Below are positions 16,788-32,600 of a DNA stretch of 64,000 bases, one piece after another (the first letter of the stretch is position 1; the number at the start of each line of letters is the position of its first letter). Origin of the DNA: Tubulanus polymorphus (taxonomy: Eukaryota > Animalia > Nemertea); the NCBI RefSeq assembly GCF_964204645.1, contig NC_134034.1, forward strand, positions 8,382,962 through 8,446,961. The letters are read 5' to 3'. A model generated the notes under the pieces. The model saw only the letters and a list, made by a program, of their open reading frames with translations. It had not been told where the DNA came from and ran no database searches. The position numbers were made by a program, and so were the translations under genes.

Positions 16788-18259
16788 CCCTCGGTTCCTC
16801 TTGCATTGTTGAGAAATTGGCGACAAGAAAAAACAAAAACAAAAATCAATCACTCGCCAATGCAATAATGCTACGTATTTATTAGGATCGCGTCGGTTGT
16901 CGTGCCTGTGCGCTGTGCGGGCCTCCGTTTAACAATATTTATACTCGGCCCGTTGTATGTAGTAGGTACGTGGTGATCGTTTGTATTACTAGAAAACGCG
17001 AACGTGTTTCGCTTCTTTTTTTGTTGGTCCGGCCGCCGATTGTAATCGATTATTATTCTTCGCTGCATTTGGCGCACGAAACAAGACGCCTCGGGTGAAC
17101 CCGACGTCAAACCTACGTTCGGTCGGTTTTGCCGTGCCGCGACTATTTCGACGTCGGTTCGCGCAAAAACGATCCATCTTTTTCCCCGGCTTGCTGTCTC
17201 GCTGTATTATATACGATCTGTTCTGGCAGAATAAATGATACGGAATGGTGAAATTCAGAGCGCCCAAAACTATGCGTCGACTGATAAATCGATACAAAAC
17301 TCAACATATAGAATTCCTTCGCCATATACGAGCCGAAGCATCAATCGCCGGTTTTAACCGCACTGAATCAATCCTCTTGAGGAAACTGCATTCGTGTTGG
17401 TTTGTTTTAAGTTTTTCAGTCGTAAGTTTTTATCTTCCGCTTTTAATTGTCTAGCGACAAAAGTTTCGAGGAGTCGGCATTACTAGAAATCTTACGTCGG
17501 TTATCCCAGTTTTGAGCGTCGTATCGGCCCCCCTCGGTCGCCTAAGACGACAGACAGGCTGCGTGCGTGCTGCGTAATCAGGATTATTAGGGGGTGTCTG
17601 TCTGGTGGTCGTGCCACAAATTCCCAAGGCCATTTGTTTCCGAGGTTGTAGGCGTTCAAATTGCCATTCTCATTTCGATCCGAGTATAATATTATACGAT
17701 GCATAATATCAGAAGACAATTTGTTGCCGTTTCAAAGTTTGGCCCGAGATTTTATCATTCGACATTTCACCGTTCATACCAACGGGTATCGGCCTAGTGC
17801 GCCGCGTACAAACATGTTTGTGGTTGACATTTTTTTCTCGGCAGTTTAATAATGCATTTCATAAAATTTCAATTGCATTTCCTCGAAAATTGATATATAC
17901 GCACACAGAGATTCGCGCTTGTTGCTCTCTGCTCCTCAGTCGGTTAGTTATAGCGCGCTATTTAATAATTACAGCGCGTCACATTCTATGTAATCTGATA
18001 TGTATTGTTCTTCAACGGGACTCGCATGTTTCGTGTGTAGGCGCGCGTATTTCTTTCAGTCATTTTTTTCAAGTAACGAAGACAACGACCCGGACAAAAT
18101 CAAGAAGAAACCCGTCAGTCACAAAATCCACAAAACAAATAAATAAACCAACAAAAACGAAACAAAAAATCAACGCGTACTACATACATATATAGACAAT
18201 AATTACGTACGACGAGTCGAGTCGAGTCCTCGGTCGGTACGGTACGCAGGGTAAAAGGC

Positions 18260-18333
18260 GAAGCAAAGCGAGGCGACGGGAAAGCGCAAAAACTGGCCCT
18301 TTCTGGGAATTTGAAGTGGTCCTGATAAGGACC
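18260..18333 (-). terminator. H2B 3' processing signal (also at 28525-28598, 38781-38854, 49016-49089)
   Basis: Minus strand: GGTCCT-TATC-AGGACC, CCCAGAAAGGGCC, GCCTCGCTTTGCTTC. Confidence 0.92.
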
Positions 18334-18383
18334 GTTGGTTGATGCCCGATGGCGTAGGTACACACGCGCGCACGTAGCGCCGT

Positions 18384-18755
18384 TTACTTCGAACCGGTGT
18401 ACTTGGTGACGGCCTTCGTACCCTCGCTGACGGCGTGCTTGGCCAGCTCTCCCGGCAACAGCAGTCTGACGGCGGTCTGGATTTCCCGACTGGTGATGGT
18501 CGATCGCTTGTTGTAGTGCGTCAGGCGTGACGCCTCGGCGGCGATCCTCTCGAAGATATCGTTGACGAAGCTGTTCATGATGCTCATGGCCTTCGCGGAG
18601 ATTCCCGTGTCGGGGTGAACTTGCTTCAACACCTTGTAAATGTAGATGCTGTAGCTTTCCTTTCTTCTCTTCCTCCTTTTCTTGTCACCGGTGTGAGCGG
18701 CTTTAGCCTTGGTGGCTGCCTTCTTGGCACCTTTGCTTGAAACTTTCGGCGGCAT
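18384..18755 (-). CDS. H2B: Histone H2B
   Basis: [23 protein letters not shown]...[14 protein letters not shown]. Confidence 0.99.
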   Translation of the reverse strand: MPPKVSSKGAKKAATKAKAAHTGDKKRRKRRKESYSIYIYKVLKQVHPDTGISAKAMSIMNSFVNDIFERIAAEASRLTHYNKRSTITSREIQTAVRLLLPGELAKHAVSEGTKAVTKYTGSK

Positions 18756-18986
18756 GACGACTGTGCGTTAGCGAATGCGAAATAACACCGGCGCGCAACG
18801 CGCCAACCGTATTTATGTGAGCGCGCCGGCTCCCGTCGAGCGACCAATCAGCGCATCTGTTGATCGCCTGGCACTCGGCGCCGAGTATAAGTTCGTTCAG
18901 GCGCGCCGCGTACGCGAACGTTCACACGCACTGTTTCATTCGTTGTCAACGTCGTCGTATCGTCAAATTTGATATCACCGATCAAC
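18756..18986. promoter_or_regulatory. 231 bp bidirectional H2B/H2A promoter (empty LINE target site)
   Basis: Minus-strand CATAAATA at 18810-18817, CCAAT at 18844, plus-strand TATAAG at 18886; palindrome GGCGCG-CAA-CGCGCC at 18790-18804. Confidence 0.8.
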
Positions 18987-19361
18987 ATGTCTGGCCGAGG
19001 TAAAGGAGGAAAAGCGAAAGGCAAGGCCAAGAGCCGCTCGTCCCGCGCAGGGTTGCAGTTCCCGGTCGGAAGGATCCATCGTCTTCTCCGCAAAGGAAAC
19101 TACGCCGAACGTATCGGAGCCGGAGCGCCGGTGTACCTAGCCGCCGTCATGGAATACTTGGCCGCCGAAGTGTTGGAGTTGGCCGGCAACGCCGCCCGCG
19201 ACAACAAGAAGTCGAGAATCATCCCGCGACATCTGCAGTTGGCCATCCGCAACGACGAAGAGTTGAACAAGCTGCTTTCCGGTGTCACCATCGCCCAAGG
19301 CGGTGTACTGCCCAACATCCAGGCCGTGCTTCTGCCGAAAAAGTCCGCCAAGTCCAAGTAG
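18987..19361 (+). CDS. H2A: Histone H2A
   Basis: Same protein as 2816-3190. Confidence 0.99.
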   Translation: MSGRGKGGKAKGKAKSRSSRAGLQFPVGRIHRLLRKGNYAERIGAGAPVYLAAVMEYLAAEVLELAGNAARDNKKSRIIPRHLQLAIRNDEELNKLLSGVTIAQGGVLPNIQAVLLPKKSAKSK

Positions 19362-22300
19362 ATCGCGTCCGTGTCCCGCGCGTCGCGCATCCAAGCAACG
19401 GTCCTTATCAGGACCACTTCAACTTCCCAGAAAGGGCCAGTACTGACCTCGCCTGCCTCGCTTATTGCTTCGGTGATCACGATGATATAATTTCGTTGTT
19501 GTTGTTGTTTGTTGTTGTTGTCGTTGTTGTTTTATCATCAGCGTGTACGGGGGGTATATACGTTATCAAGGCGTTGGCCCGCGTACGATCCCAGTTCCAA
19601 TTCTCATCGGCTTTCGCGGCGTCCACAATGAAAAACTGTGTGTGTTATGTACATTACATTTATTAGTAGGGCGACATTCGTCAGGCGTGTTTACATATGT
19701 ACCCGGTATTTATTTCTCTTCTATTCCCCCGACACCGACGACGGCAACAGCAAAAAGAAACGTGCAAAACAAGACAAACAAGCAATGCAGGGTTCAATAC
19801 ATGCAGCCCCTCAAATCCCCGAAGAACCCCTCAAATTCCAAAATTCGTTTGTTAGGGATGGAACAAACTCCCTCAAATTCATCTTAGTTTTAGTCGTCGC
19901 TCAAATTCAGAAAACCGCTGCATTGGCATTTTATACTGCATTGTCTTGGTAGCCTGGCTGGGTTAGTTAGAATCAATGGTAATAAGTGGGGGCTATAGGC
20001 CTCGTTATCATCCCCGTAAAGTGTCCAAACTAACTTTCTCAATTATTTTGGAAGGTTTATTCGATTGCGAAGAGTCATTTTGACACATTTATCCAGGAGT
20101 TCAGAAAAACGGGGCCCTACGTACTTGAGCTGAATGTCGATATGGCGAGAGTTATTCTTACAAAATGCCGAAATCGGCAATTTTTCAAGTTGGTTGCTTA
20201 AAGAAGGACTCAAATTTAAAAACAAACATTCGGTATTCGTCAAAATGTTCCGTTTGCGACGGAATGTTTTCCGGCAGCTTTTCGTCGAAACAATGCTCTT
20301 CAGTCGGGATTGGGCCCCGGCTATCCTAGACGAGTTCTTTCACCCAAAATCAAGTTGAACGGTTTAGGCCCTAATTAGTATATGGCATATAGTCGAATGT
20401 TGATAAGGTTATTCGATTCATTGGCGCCTAAATGCATTTCGCTAATTCTGATAAGTATTGTACTGGTACTGTGTGTTTTATGTATCGGTTAGGTTTTCGT
20501 CGCGAAATATGACCCTCAATTTGGCGGTCACACCCTGAAAAACCGCTCAAATGCCCGTCACATTTCATAGCGATTGTCCTGTAGGAACCCCGTGCAATAA
20601 CACCTTTCGCGTAGGACTATTTCCTTTCATAAAACACGATCATGCATCTTTTTGCGGCCCTGCAACGAAAGTCGTATAATATGCCTGCTTTCGAAATTAC
20701 GTATATCGACATCGTTTTTAGCACGATTGCCTCCACCCACATCGTACAGCTATTCAAGACGTGTACGACATCATCATCGGCAGTACCGTCCTATATACTA
20801 GAAAGTAGTTACGCGCATATTTATACATAATTTCTATTGTAGATGTAAATGCGGGATTAAATCAGAACTAAATTTAAAGCTGAGGTATTCAACGAGACTC
20901 CAGTAGACAGGAAACCGGCAAGGCAGCCATTTTTCTTTTCTATCAAAATGATTTAACCTGGTAGAAGTCATCTGCATCTATATTCTACTGTAACTCTTTC
21001 GGCAACCACATACAATGTCCTTGGACGATTTGTGGATAATTTGTCATGTTATTTTGTATGATTATGTATACAGAATGTCAGATCTATATATGGTTAAAAA
21101 AAAACAAACAACATCATCGGCACCAGTAGATTGTGTCAATCGCCGAGCGAGATCTCCAGGGCTAGTTTATTTAGTACACCGATTTAGTCCCTTTTTTCGT
21201 TGTGTGAATGATGGCGGGTTCGCATCGCACGCGCGCGGCACCGGTATATTGCGCGATTCCCGGCGTAACCGCGCCATCGTGGGACGCACCGACAATACGT
21301 GCATGCAGTGCGGATAGCTATTTATTCATTTATTTACTACAGGATAGCAAATAGCTCGAAACTTCTATCAAAAACTTTCTTTCATAAAACACGATCATGC
21401 ATCGTTTTGCGGCCCTGCAACGAAAGTCGTATATATGCCTTTCGAACTTACGTATCGACATCCTAACCCTAACCCCAACCCTAACAGCGAGTTAATGTAA
21501 ATCCATGCAATGATCTTAAAAAAAAATCACACACATTATACAATCAGCTATTATCTTAGAACATCCCAATGCTGTGAATGTCTACGCTTAGATTGATATC
21601 AGTTAATTGCAGACATGTTATGTGTGTGGTGGCGATTCGATGGTATTTTGAATAGAGAGTGCGGTTTTAAGGACGAGGACATCATTAATTTTGAGGACAT
21701 CGAGATTTTTGGAGTATAGTGCGTCGGTGTGTGAGCAGGTTAGCGGTAATAATCCCCTAGGTCAAAAAAGCCCATCGGTAAAAATCCCCAATACTTCCAA
21801 AAGTAGGTACAAATCCCCCTCTTTTTGAATGGAGTGTAACGTCAATTAATTTCATATTAATATATCATATATCGCCGTTGAACTCAATAAGGATATATCA
21901 TGACCAAACAAACTATATAGTATACACTATTTGCGCATTATAACATACTAAAAATTAACAGTAGTTCATTAGTACTAAATTCGCACTTAAAGTTAACGCG
22001 CGCAGCTTAATGAAAGGGTTCATTGCACATTTCAAATATATCACACTAGCATGAATCTTATGACATTTCATTTTGAAAGTTCATTACTTCTGATCATTCA
22101 TTCATGGCATCGCACAGCTGAAATATACCACGAGTTATCAAGCGTCCACAGTTCAAAACTAATCCAGTTCGAATTGTAAGATATATTGCATTTAAAAAGT
22201 TCATCATTGTCATTAGTTATTACAAGTTGTTTCCTTCTAAACAGTTTACTAAATAAGAATTTATCGACGGCTGTGCAAACATAATTCAGTCTCAATTGCG

Positions 22301-23377
22301 AATGAATACGCTGCAAAAGCACCATCTTGCTTTGAAATGTTCCTGAAAATCACCAAGTCGGCGTTTTACCTACTTTTGAATATTCGGGGATTTTTACCTA
22401 TAGGGTATTTTTTTCCTGGTTTTTGTTTTGTTTTGTTTTGTTTTACCTACAACCGGGTGAGGGCAGTGTGTGATTACAGTTGGTCGAATATGCAATTTTT
22501 GTCGGAAATGAGCTGAACATAGTACCATAAAAATCGAAATTTTTTGAAGTTTTATGTCTGAAAGTCTGGTATTGATTGGACTGCTAATTACTTAAATACT
22601 CTCTGTAATTGATTACTTAATATGGGTTTTCTTCCTTTTTTATTTTTGGCAAACCGTCGAATATCCATAAATATCCATATATGGGCATGTATATCCGTCG
22701 AATATGGAGAATGAATTGAATTATTACACAGCGAACCGTCGAATATGCGTCGAATATGGAACATTATTTATATGATTATTTTTGGTGAACCGTCGAATAT
22801 GCGTTGAATATGGTCACTCCATCTGAAATGGTTTTTCCGGACCCCGTCGAATACGGTGACCCCTTTTTTCAGTTCAAAAATGTTGGTAACTATCAGTGAT
22901 TTTCGGTATTAGCTTGTTTGATACGCTAATACAGTATCTAAATCAACTTATTGTGACTTAATATCCGAGATAAATGAATCTGATATCGGAAACGAGAGTG
23001 ACAAAAAAGTTCAAAATTTCAAATTGATTTTTCTCAGTTTCGATAAAAGTGCATATTCGACGGTTCGCCAGAAACCCAGCGAATTTCTCAAAGCACTACG
23101 GCATAGGAACGACACCGACAGGGATACGGTGGCCGAGTCGCGCGAAGCACTGCCGACATAGGCGACCTATGCAGCTTGTGCTTTGAATGACATAGAGAGC
23201 GTAGTGTCGGAGCGGCGGACCCTATGCAGCCTGTGCTTCGAACGGCATAGTACGCGTAATGCTTCGGCGATGTACGAGTGCATAGGAGGGCTATGCACGA
23301 CACTACATACGGCGTCGTATAAAGCGCATCGGCGCTCGGGTCGGGCTATCATTCGTACATTCGACTCGTCGTTGTGA

Positions 23378-23737
<360 letters not shown>

Positions 23738-24453
23738 GCAGCTCAGCCCAGCGCGCAGCGGTCGCGGCCGCGGCGCCTGAGAAAACAACAACACGGTCCT
23801 TATCAGGACCACTTCAACTTCCCAGAAAGAGCCAGTGGTAGTGCGCTGACCCGGTGCCTCGCTTTTTGCTTCACACCCTCGCCCATATGTTATTAACGTA
23901 ACGTGCCCTTGTTGTCGGTGTATGTCGGACACGATGGCTAAACGGTCCGAATTAATTTCGAGGGATTAATCACGCGTACATCATACGTACGTACATACAC
24001 ATACACATACACACACACATAGGTACACGGATAATAGTAATTTTAATGTTGATTGATAAATACGTAATTGCGTTTGTTTTCGGTGTTTTGTTGAAGTTTT
24101 TTTTCGGCCCCCGCTTTTCGCGGGTGCGATCGATTGATCGTTAATGACTTTGATTTTGGGTCGGGCGATGAAAAAAAGCCAGTGCAGAAGGAATTGTAGT
24201 ACGCATGTATGGTTTCGCAAACACGAGTACTTCTGAATATATAGGACATCATTCGGGGTATTTTACATATCGAAGCACTTTACTTTCTATAGGCGATTGA
24301 AATTAAAAATCGAATCAGTTATTTAGGGCCTATGCGAGGGGAAAACACACGCCGAGCGATTAGATTCGAGCTGGACAATTGAAAGTTGGCGCGCATAAAT
24401 GAATATAGGCCTACAGTACGTACACACGGTACCTCAACTCGGTCTTAATACGT

Positions 24454-24488
<35 letters not shown>

Positions 24489-25364
24489 TAGAAGGAACCA
24501 TCGTTTTTATATCCGTTCTTTTTTTGTAACGCGTCTGGCGCTGTATTGATTGTCACCATCGAAAAACGACTAAGCTTCGTCGTCAACCGACCGATTTGGG
24601 TCGTCGTCCGAGATAAAATAAGAAAGAATCCGATCCATTGCACGAAGTATGTATCGTAGACCTATAGACCTATAGCTAACGATAGTGCAGTGGTCTCTTT
24701 AGTTTCTCTTGTAATGTAATCGCGCGCGACGGCGAGCCGAGTCTCATTTCGTCGTAAATGGCGATGGCATTATTTTATGTAATTCTATGTAAACGGCCTT
24801 ATTTCTATGTAGCTAGCTGCCTGCCTGCCGCGGCTTATTGCGGCTCGGGGGTGGGTGTGGTTACTGCGAGGCCGGCCGGTCGCACGAACGACTCGGATCT
24901 GCTGCGTGCAGTACGCTTTGATCGTGATTTTTCGAGATCAGCTTTGAAGCTAATAGAACTTCATCGTCTCCGTGTATGTATATATATATATATATATATG
25001 TATACGGGATTTTTCCGATTACATGCTTTCCATTAATTCGATCGCTCGCGCCGCCGCGTGTCTGCTCTGGGGAGTGTGGAATGACCTATCTTTTCTCGGA
25101 GAGAAAAATATACGTCAAACCATGGCCACAGCTAGCTAAATGATCGATAAGGCCTAAATACCTAACGCACTTTTTTCAACGGCGATGATGGCATTGATTT
25201 ATAAAACACCGGCCAGCTTCAAAAATGTAATTGACAATAGAGATAAACTAGAGTGGCCAATGACAACGTAATGATGAAACCATATTCCGCAACGTTGTTG
25301 CCGGCGGCCCCCGCCGTTTTGTTAAGTTACTTCATGCGAATTGTTCGGCGCGCCGATGACGATT

Positions 25365-25410
<46 letters not shown>

Positions 25411-26509
25411 TGATGTATATAGGTTCATCCGTATTTTACGCCGCCGTTTTTAAACACCATACATATTCATTCGTGTGCATGGTTGGGATGCGCGCGTTTA
25501 ATCGCATTTCATCGATCCTGTCTGCATCGCGCGCGGCGGATAGATTTTTGTTCGTTTGTCAACAACTCTGATTACAAACGTTCATACCGTGTCAACAAGA
25601 GTTTTCAGTTAGGCCTACAACAACGTACGCGTACGTGTGCAAATTTCGTTTCTCGCATTTATTAATGAGCAGTAATTGACTATACGACACGACGCCGCAG
25701 TTGTACGTCGATTAGTCGCGCGTCGAATATTATGAGAAAAAAACAATTCGAAGTTTTGAACATTTTTGTCGCCCCTCTCTTTTTTAATTCATTTGTTTAT
25801 TTCCTGAATATATGATATATAAACTGATGCAAAATAACAGCAGGGTAACACGCATTTTCCGACACATATCAGGTAGGTCCATTTAGCGTGGAAGTTAAGC
25901 AACGGTGGCCTGCCTGTCTGACTCGGGTACCTTATTAGGTTTTTGCCTTCAACGCTATCCGATATTGACACTGCTACAATACATGCGATTTTACTGATTG
26001 CTTTCGAATTAATAAACCTATATTCATTTATTTATTTATTCGCTTATTTACTTATTTATCCGTTGAGAAATAATTCCTCATAATTTAGGCCCTAATTCGC
26101 TTACGTAATTGCGACTGCGCGGGTTCAAATTGGCCGTTGATTAATTCAGTTTAGCGCGAAGATATGTGATCATATCATCGTTTCTATGACAGACATCGGT
26201 GTGTAATAATAGGGATGGGAGATGATAGCCTATGGCATGGCATGTGAGCAAAAAACGATCACGGATATCGGCGTACATCGCTGTGGTGAGGGAAGGTAGT
26301 GTATTTATTTACATCGAACGAAACGCGTCGATCGCGGCCGCCGGCTGCTCCCGGCGCTTCACTTCCTTTATTCAAATAGCCGGCCGACCAATCGGCGCCC
26401 GACTATGCGAGCCAATCGCGTTCGCGCAGCGCGCCGACCGAGCGTCGATAAACCGGCCGGCGACACTATAGTCGTACTATTGTAACGTTACATCGTTCGC
26501 TCTAGTTGA

Positions 26510-26932
<423 letters not shown>

Positions 26933-28648
26933 GTCGGACGACTATACGCGTCGTCGCATAATTGTAGACAACACTTACGGTCCTTCTCAGGACCACTTAA
27001 AACTCCCAGAAAGAGCCGGTGTGTTTTGCCTGCCTCGCCTCGCTTTTGCTTCCCCTCGGTTCCTCTTGCATTGTTGAGAAATTGGCGACAAGAAAAAACA
27101 AAAACAAAAATCAATCACTCGCCAATGCAATAATGCTACGTATTTATTAGGATCGCGTCGGTTGTCGTGCCTGTGCGCTGTGCGGGCCTCCGTTTAACAA
27201 TATTTATACTCGGCCCGTTGTATGTAGTAGGTACGTGGTGATCGTTTGTATTACTAGAAAACGCGAACGTGTTTCGCTTCTTTTTTTGTTGGTCCGGCCG
27301 CCGATTGTAATCGATTATTATTCTTCGCTGCATTTGGCGCACGAAACAAGACGCCTCGGGTGAACCCGACGTCAAACCTACGTTCGGTCGGTTTTGCCGT
27401 GCCGCGACTATTTCGACGTCGGTTCGCGCAAAAACGATCCATCTTTTTCCCCGGCTTGCTGTCTCGCTGTATTATATACGATCTGTTCTGGCAGAATAAA
27501 TGATACGGAATGGTGAAATTCAGAGCGCCCAAAACTATGCGTCGACTGATAAATCGATACAAAACTCAACATATAGAATTCCTTCGCCATATACGAGCCG
27601 AAGCATCAATCGCCGGTTTTAACCGCACTGAATCAATCCTCTTGAGGAAACTGCATTCGTGTTGGTTTGTTTTAAGTTTTTCAGTCGTAAGTTTTTATCT
27701 TCCGCTTTTAATTGTCTAGCGACAAAAGTTTCGAGGAGTCGGCATTACTAGAAATCTTACGTCGGTTATCCCAGTTTTGAGCGTCGTATCGGCCCCCCTC
27801 GGTCGCCTAAGACGACAGACAGGCTGCGTGCGTGCTGCGTAATCAGGATTATTAGGGGGTGTCTGTCTGGTGGTCGTGCCACAAATTCCCAAGGCCATTT
27901 GTTTCCGAGGTTGTAGGCGTTCAAATTGCCATTCTCATTTCGATCCGAGTATAATATTATACGATGCATAATATCAGAAGACAATTTGTTGCCGTTTCAA
28001 AGTTTGGCCCGAGATTTTATCATTCGACATTTCACCGTTCATACCAACGGGTATCGGCCTAGTGCGCCGCGTACAAACATGTTTGCGGTTGACATTTTTT
28101 TCTCGGCAGTTTAATAATGCATTTCATAAAATTTCAATTGCATTTCCTCGAAAATTGATATATACGCACACAGAGATTCGCGCTTGTTGCTCTCTGCTCC
28201 TCAGTCGGTTAGTTATAGCGCGCTATTTAATAATTACAGCGCGTCACATTCTATGTAATCTGATATGTATTGTTCTTCAACGGGACTCGCATGTTTCGTG
28301 TGTAGGCGCGCGTATTTCTTTCAGTCATTTTTTTCAAGTAACGAAGACAACGACCCGGACAAAATCAAGAAGAAACCCGTCAGTCACAAAATCCACAAAA
28401 CAAATAAATAAACCAACAAAAACGAAACAAAAAATCAACGCGTACTACATACATATATAGACAATAATTACGTACGACGAGTCGAGTCGAGTCCTCGGTC
28501 GGTACGGTACGCAGGGTAAAAGGCGAAGCAAAGCGAGGCGACGGGAAAGCGCAAAAACTGGCCCTTTCTGGGAATTTGAAGTGGTCCTGATAAGGACCGT
28601 TGGTTGATGCCCGATGGCGTAGGTACACACGCGCGCACGTAGCGCCGT

Positions 28649-29020
28649 TTACTTCGAACCGGTGTACTTGGTGACGGCCTTCGTACCCTCGCTGACGGCG
28701 TGCTTGGCCAGCTCTCCCGGCAACAGCAGTCTGACGGCGGTCTGGATTTCCCGACTGGTGATGGTCGATCGCTTGTTGTAGTGCGTCAGGCGTGACGCCT
28801 CGGCGGCGATCCTCTCGAAGATATCGTTGACGAAGCTGTTCATGATGCTCATGGCCTTCGCGGAGATTCCCGTGTCGGGGTGAACTTGCTTCAACACCTT
28901 GTAAATGTAGATGCTGTAGCTTTCCTTTCTTCTCTTCCTCCTTTTCTTGTCACCGGTGTGAGCGGCTTTAGCCTTGGTGGCTGCCTTCTTGGCACCTTTG
29001 CTTGAAACTTTCGGCGGCAT
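28649..29020 (-). CDS. H2B: Histone H2B
   Basis: Identical protein to the other H2B copies. Confidence 0.99.
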   Translation of the reverse strand: MPPKVSSKGAKKAATKAKAAHTGDKKRRKRRKESYSIYIYKVLKQVHPDTGISAKAMSIMNSFVNDIFERIAAEASRLTHYNKRSTITSREIQTAVRLLLPGELAKHAVSEGTKAVTKYTGSK

Positions 29021-29251
29021 GACGACTGTGCGTTAGCGAATGCGAAATAACACCGGCGCGCAACGCGCCAACCGTATTTATGTGAGCGCGCCGGCTCCCG
29101 TCGAGCGACCAATCAGCGCATCTGTTGATCGCCTGGCACTCGGCGCCGAGTATAAGTTCGTTCAGGCGCGCCGCGTACGCGAACGTTCACACGCACTGTT
29201 TCATTCGTTGTCAACGTCGTCGTATCGTCAAATTTGATATCACCGATCAAC

Positions 29252-29626
29252 ATGTCTGGCCGAGGTAAAGGAGGAAAAGCGAAAGGCAAGGCCAAGAGCC
29301 GCTCGTCCCGCGCAGGGTTGCAGTTCCCGGTCGGAAGGATCCATCGTCTTCTCCGCAAAGGAAACTACGCCGAACGTATCGGAGCCGGAGCGCCGGTGTA
29401 CCTAGCCGCCGTCATGGAATACTTGGCCGCCGAAGTGTTGGAGTTGGCCGGCAACGCCGCCCGCGACAACAAGAAGTCGAGAATCATCCCGCGACATCTG
29501 CAGTTGGCCATCCGCAACGACGAAGAGTTGAACAAGCTGCTTTCCGGTGTCACCATCGCCCAAGGCGGTGTACTGCCCAACATCCAGGCCGTGCTTCTGC
29601 CGAAAAAGTCCGCCAAGTCCAAGTAG
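29252..29626 (+). CDS. H2A: Histone H2A
   Basis: Identical protein to the other H2A copies. Confidence 0.99.
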   Translation: MSGRGKGGKAKGKAKSRSSRAGLQFPVGRIHRLLRKGNYAERIGAGAPVYLAAVMEYLAAEVLELAGNAARDNKKSRIIPRHLQLAIRNDEELNKLLSGVTIAQGGVLPNIQAVLLPKKSAKSK

Positions 29627-32600
29627 ATCGCGTCCGTGTCCCGCGCGTCGCGCATCCAAGCAACGGTCCTTATCAGGACCACTTCAACTTCCCAGAAAGG
29701 GCCAGTACTGACCTCGCCTGCCTCGCTTATTGCTTCGGTGATCACGATGATATAATTTCGTTGTTGTTGTTGTTTGTTGTTGTTGTCGTTGTTGTTTTAT
29801 CATCAGCGTGTACGGGGGGTATATACGTTATCAAGGCGTTGGCCCGCGTACGATCCCAGTTCCAATTCTCATCGGCTTTCGCGGCGTCCACAATGAAAAA
29901 CTGTGTGTGTTATGTACATTACATTTATTAGTAGGGCGACATTCGTCAGGCGTGTTTACATATGTACCCGGTATTTATTTCTCTTCTATTCCCCCGACAC
30001 CGACGACGGCAACAGCAAAAAGAAACGTGCAAAACAAGACAAACAAGCAATGCAGGGTTCAATACATGCAGCCCCTCAAATCCCCGAAGAACCCCTCAAA
30101 TTCCAAAATTCGTTTGTTAGGGATGGAACAAACTCCCTCAAATTCATCTTAGTTTTAGTCGTCGCTCAAATTCAGAAAACCGCTGCATTGGCATTTTATA
30201 CTGCATTGTCTTGGTAGCCTGGCTGGGTTAGTTAGAATCAATGGTAATAAGTGGGGGCTATAGGCCTCGTTATCATCCCCGTAAAGTGTCCAAACTAACT
30301 TTCTCAATTATTTTGGAAGGTTTATTCGATTGCGAAGAGTCATTTTGACACATTTATCCAGGAGTTCAGAAAAACGGGGCCCTACGTACTTGAGCTGAAT
30401 GTCGATATGGCGAGAGTTATTCTTACAAAATGCCGAAATCGGCAATTTTTCAAGTTGGTTGCTTAAAGAAGGACTCAAATTTAAAAACAAACATTCGGTA
30501 TTCGTCAAAATGTTCCGTTTGCGACGGAATGTTTTCCGGCAGCTTTTCGTCGAAACAATGCTCTTCAGTCGGGATTGGGCCCCGGCTATCCTAGACGAGT
30601 TCTTTCACCCAAAATCAAGTTGAACGGTTTAGGCCCTAATTAGTATATGGCATATAGTCGAATGTTGATAAGGTTATTCGATTCATTGGCGCCTAAATGC
30701 ATTTCGCTAATTCTGATAAGTATTGTACTGGTACTGTGTGTTTTATGTATCGGTTAGGTTTTCGTCGCGAAATATGACCCTCAATTTGGCGGTCACACCC
30801 TGAAAAACCGCTCAAATGCCCGTCACATTTCATAGCGATTGTCCTGTAGGAACCCCGTGCAATAACACCTTTCGCGTAGGACTATTTCCTTTCATAAAAC
30901 ACGATCATGCATCTTTTTGCGGCCCTGCAACGAAAGTCGTATAATATGCCTGCTTTCGAAATTACGTATATCGACATCGTTTTTAGCACGATTGCCTCCA
31001 CCCACATCGTACAGCTATTCAAGACGTGTACGACATCATCATCGGCAGTACCGTCCTATATACTAGAAAGTAGTTACGCGCATATTTATACATAATTTCT
31101 ATTGTAGATGTAAATGCGGGATTAAATCAGAACTAAATTTAAAGCTGAGGTATTCAACGAGACTCCAGTAGACAGGAAACCGGCAAGGCAGCCATTTTTC
31201 TTTTCTATCAAAATGATTTAACCTGGTAGAAGTCATCTGCATCTATATTCTACTGTAACTCTTTCGGCAACCACATACAATGTCCTTGGACGATTTGTGG
31301 ATAATTTGTCATGTTATTTTGTATGATTATGTATACAGAATGTCAGATCTATATATGGTTAAAAAAAAACAAACAACATCATCGGCACCAGTAGATTGTG
31401 TCAATCGCCGAGCGAGATCTCCAGGGCTAGTTTATTTAGTACACCGATTTAGTCCCTTTTTTCGTTGTGTGAATGATGGCGGGTTCGCATCGCACGCGCG
31501 CGGCACCGGTATATTGCGCGATTCCCGGCGTAACCGCGCCATCGTGGGACGCACCGACAATACGTGCATGCAGTGCGGATAGCTATTTATTCATTTATTT
31601 ACTACAGGATAGCAAATAGCTCGAAACTTCTATCAAAAACTTTCTTTCATAAAACACGATCATGCATCGTTTTGCGGCCCTGCAACGAAAGTCGTATATA
31701 TGCCTTTCGAACTTACGTATCGACATCCTAACCCTAACCCCAACCCTAACAGCGAGTTAATGTAAATCCATGCAATGATCTTAAAAAAAAATCACACACA
31801 TTATACAATCAGCTATTATCTTAGAACATCCCAATGCTGTGAATGTCTACGCTTAGATTGATATCAGTTAATTGCAGACATGTTATGTGTGTGGTGGCGA
31901 TTCGATGGTATTTTGAATAGAGAGTGCGGTTTTAAGGACGAGGACATCATTAATTTTGAGGACATCGAGATTTTTGGAGTATAGTGCGTCGGTGTGTGAG
32001 CAGGTTAGCGGTAATAATCCCCTAGGTCAAAAAAGCCCATCGGTAAAAATCCCCAATACTTCCAAAAGTAGGTACAAATCCCCCTCTTTTTGAATGGAGT
32101 GTAACGTCAATTAATTTCATATTAATATATCATATATCGCCGTTGAACTCAATAAGGATATATCATGACCAAACAAACTATATAGTATACACTATTTGCG
32201 CATTATAACATACTAAAAATTAACAGTAGTTCATTAGTACTAAATTCGCACTTAAAGTTAACGCGCGCAGCTTAATGAAAGGGTTCATTGCACATTTCAA
32301 ATATATCACACTAGCATGAATCTTATGACATTTCATTTTGAAAGTTCATTACTTCTGATCATTCATTCATGGCATCGCACAGCTGAAATATACCACGAGT
32401 TATCAAGCGTCCACAGTTCAAAACTAATCCAGTTCGAATTGTAAGATATATTGCATTTAAAAAGTTCATCATTGTCATTAGTTATTACAAGTTGTTTCCT
32501 TCTAAACAGTTTACTAAATAAGAATTTATCGACGGCTGTGCAAACATAATTCAGTCTCAATTGCGAATGAATACGCTGCAAAAGCACCATCTTGCTTTGA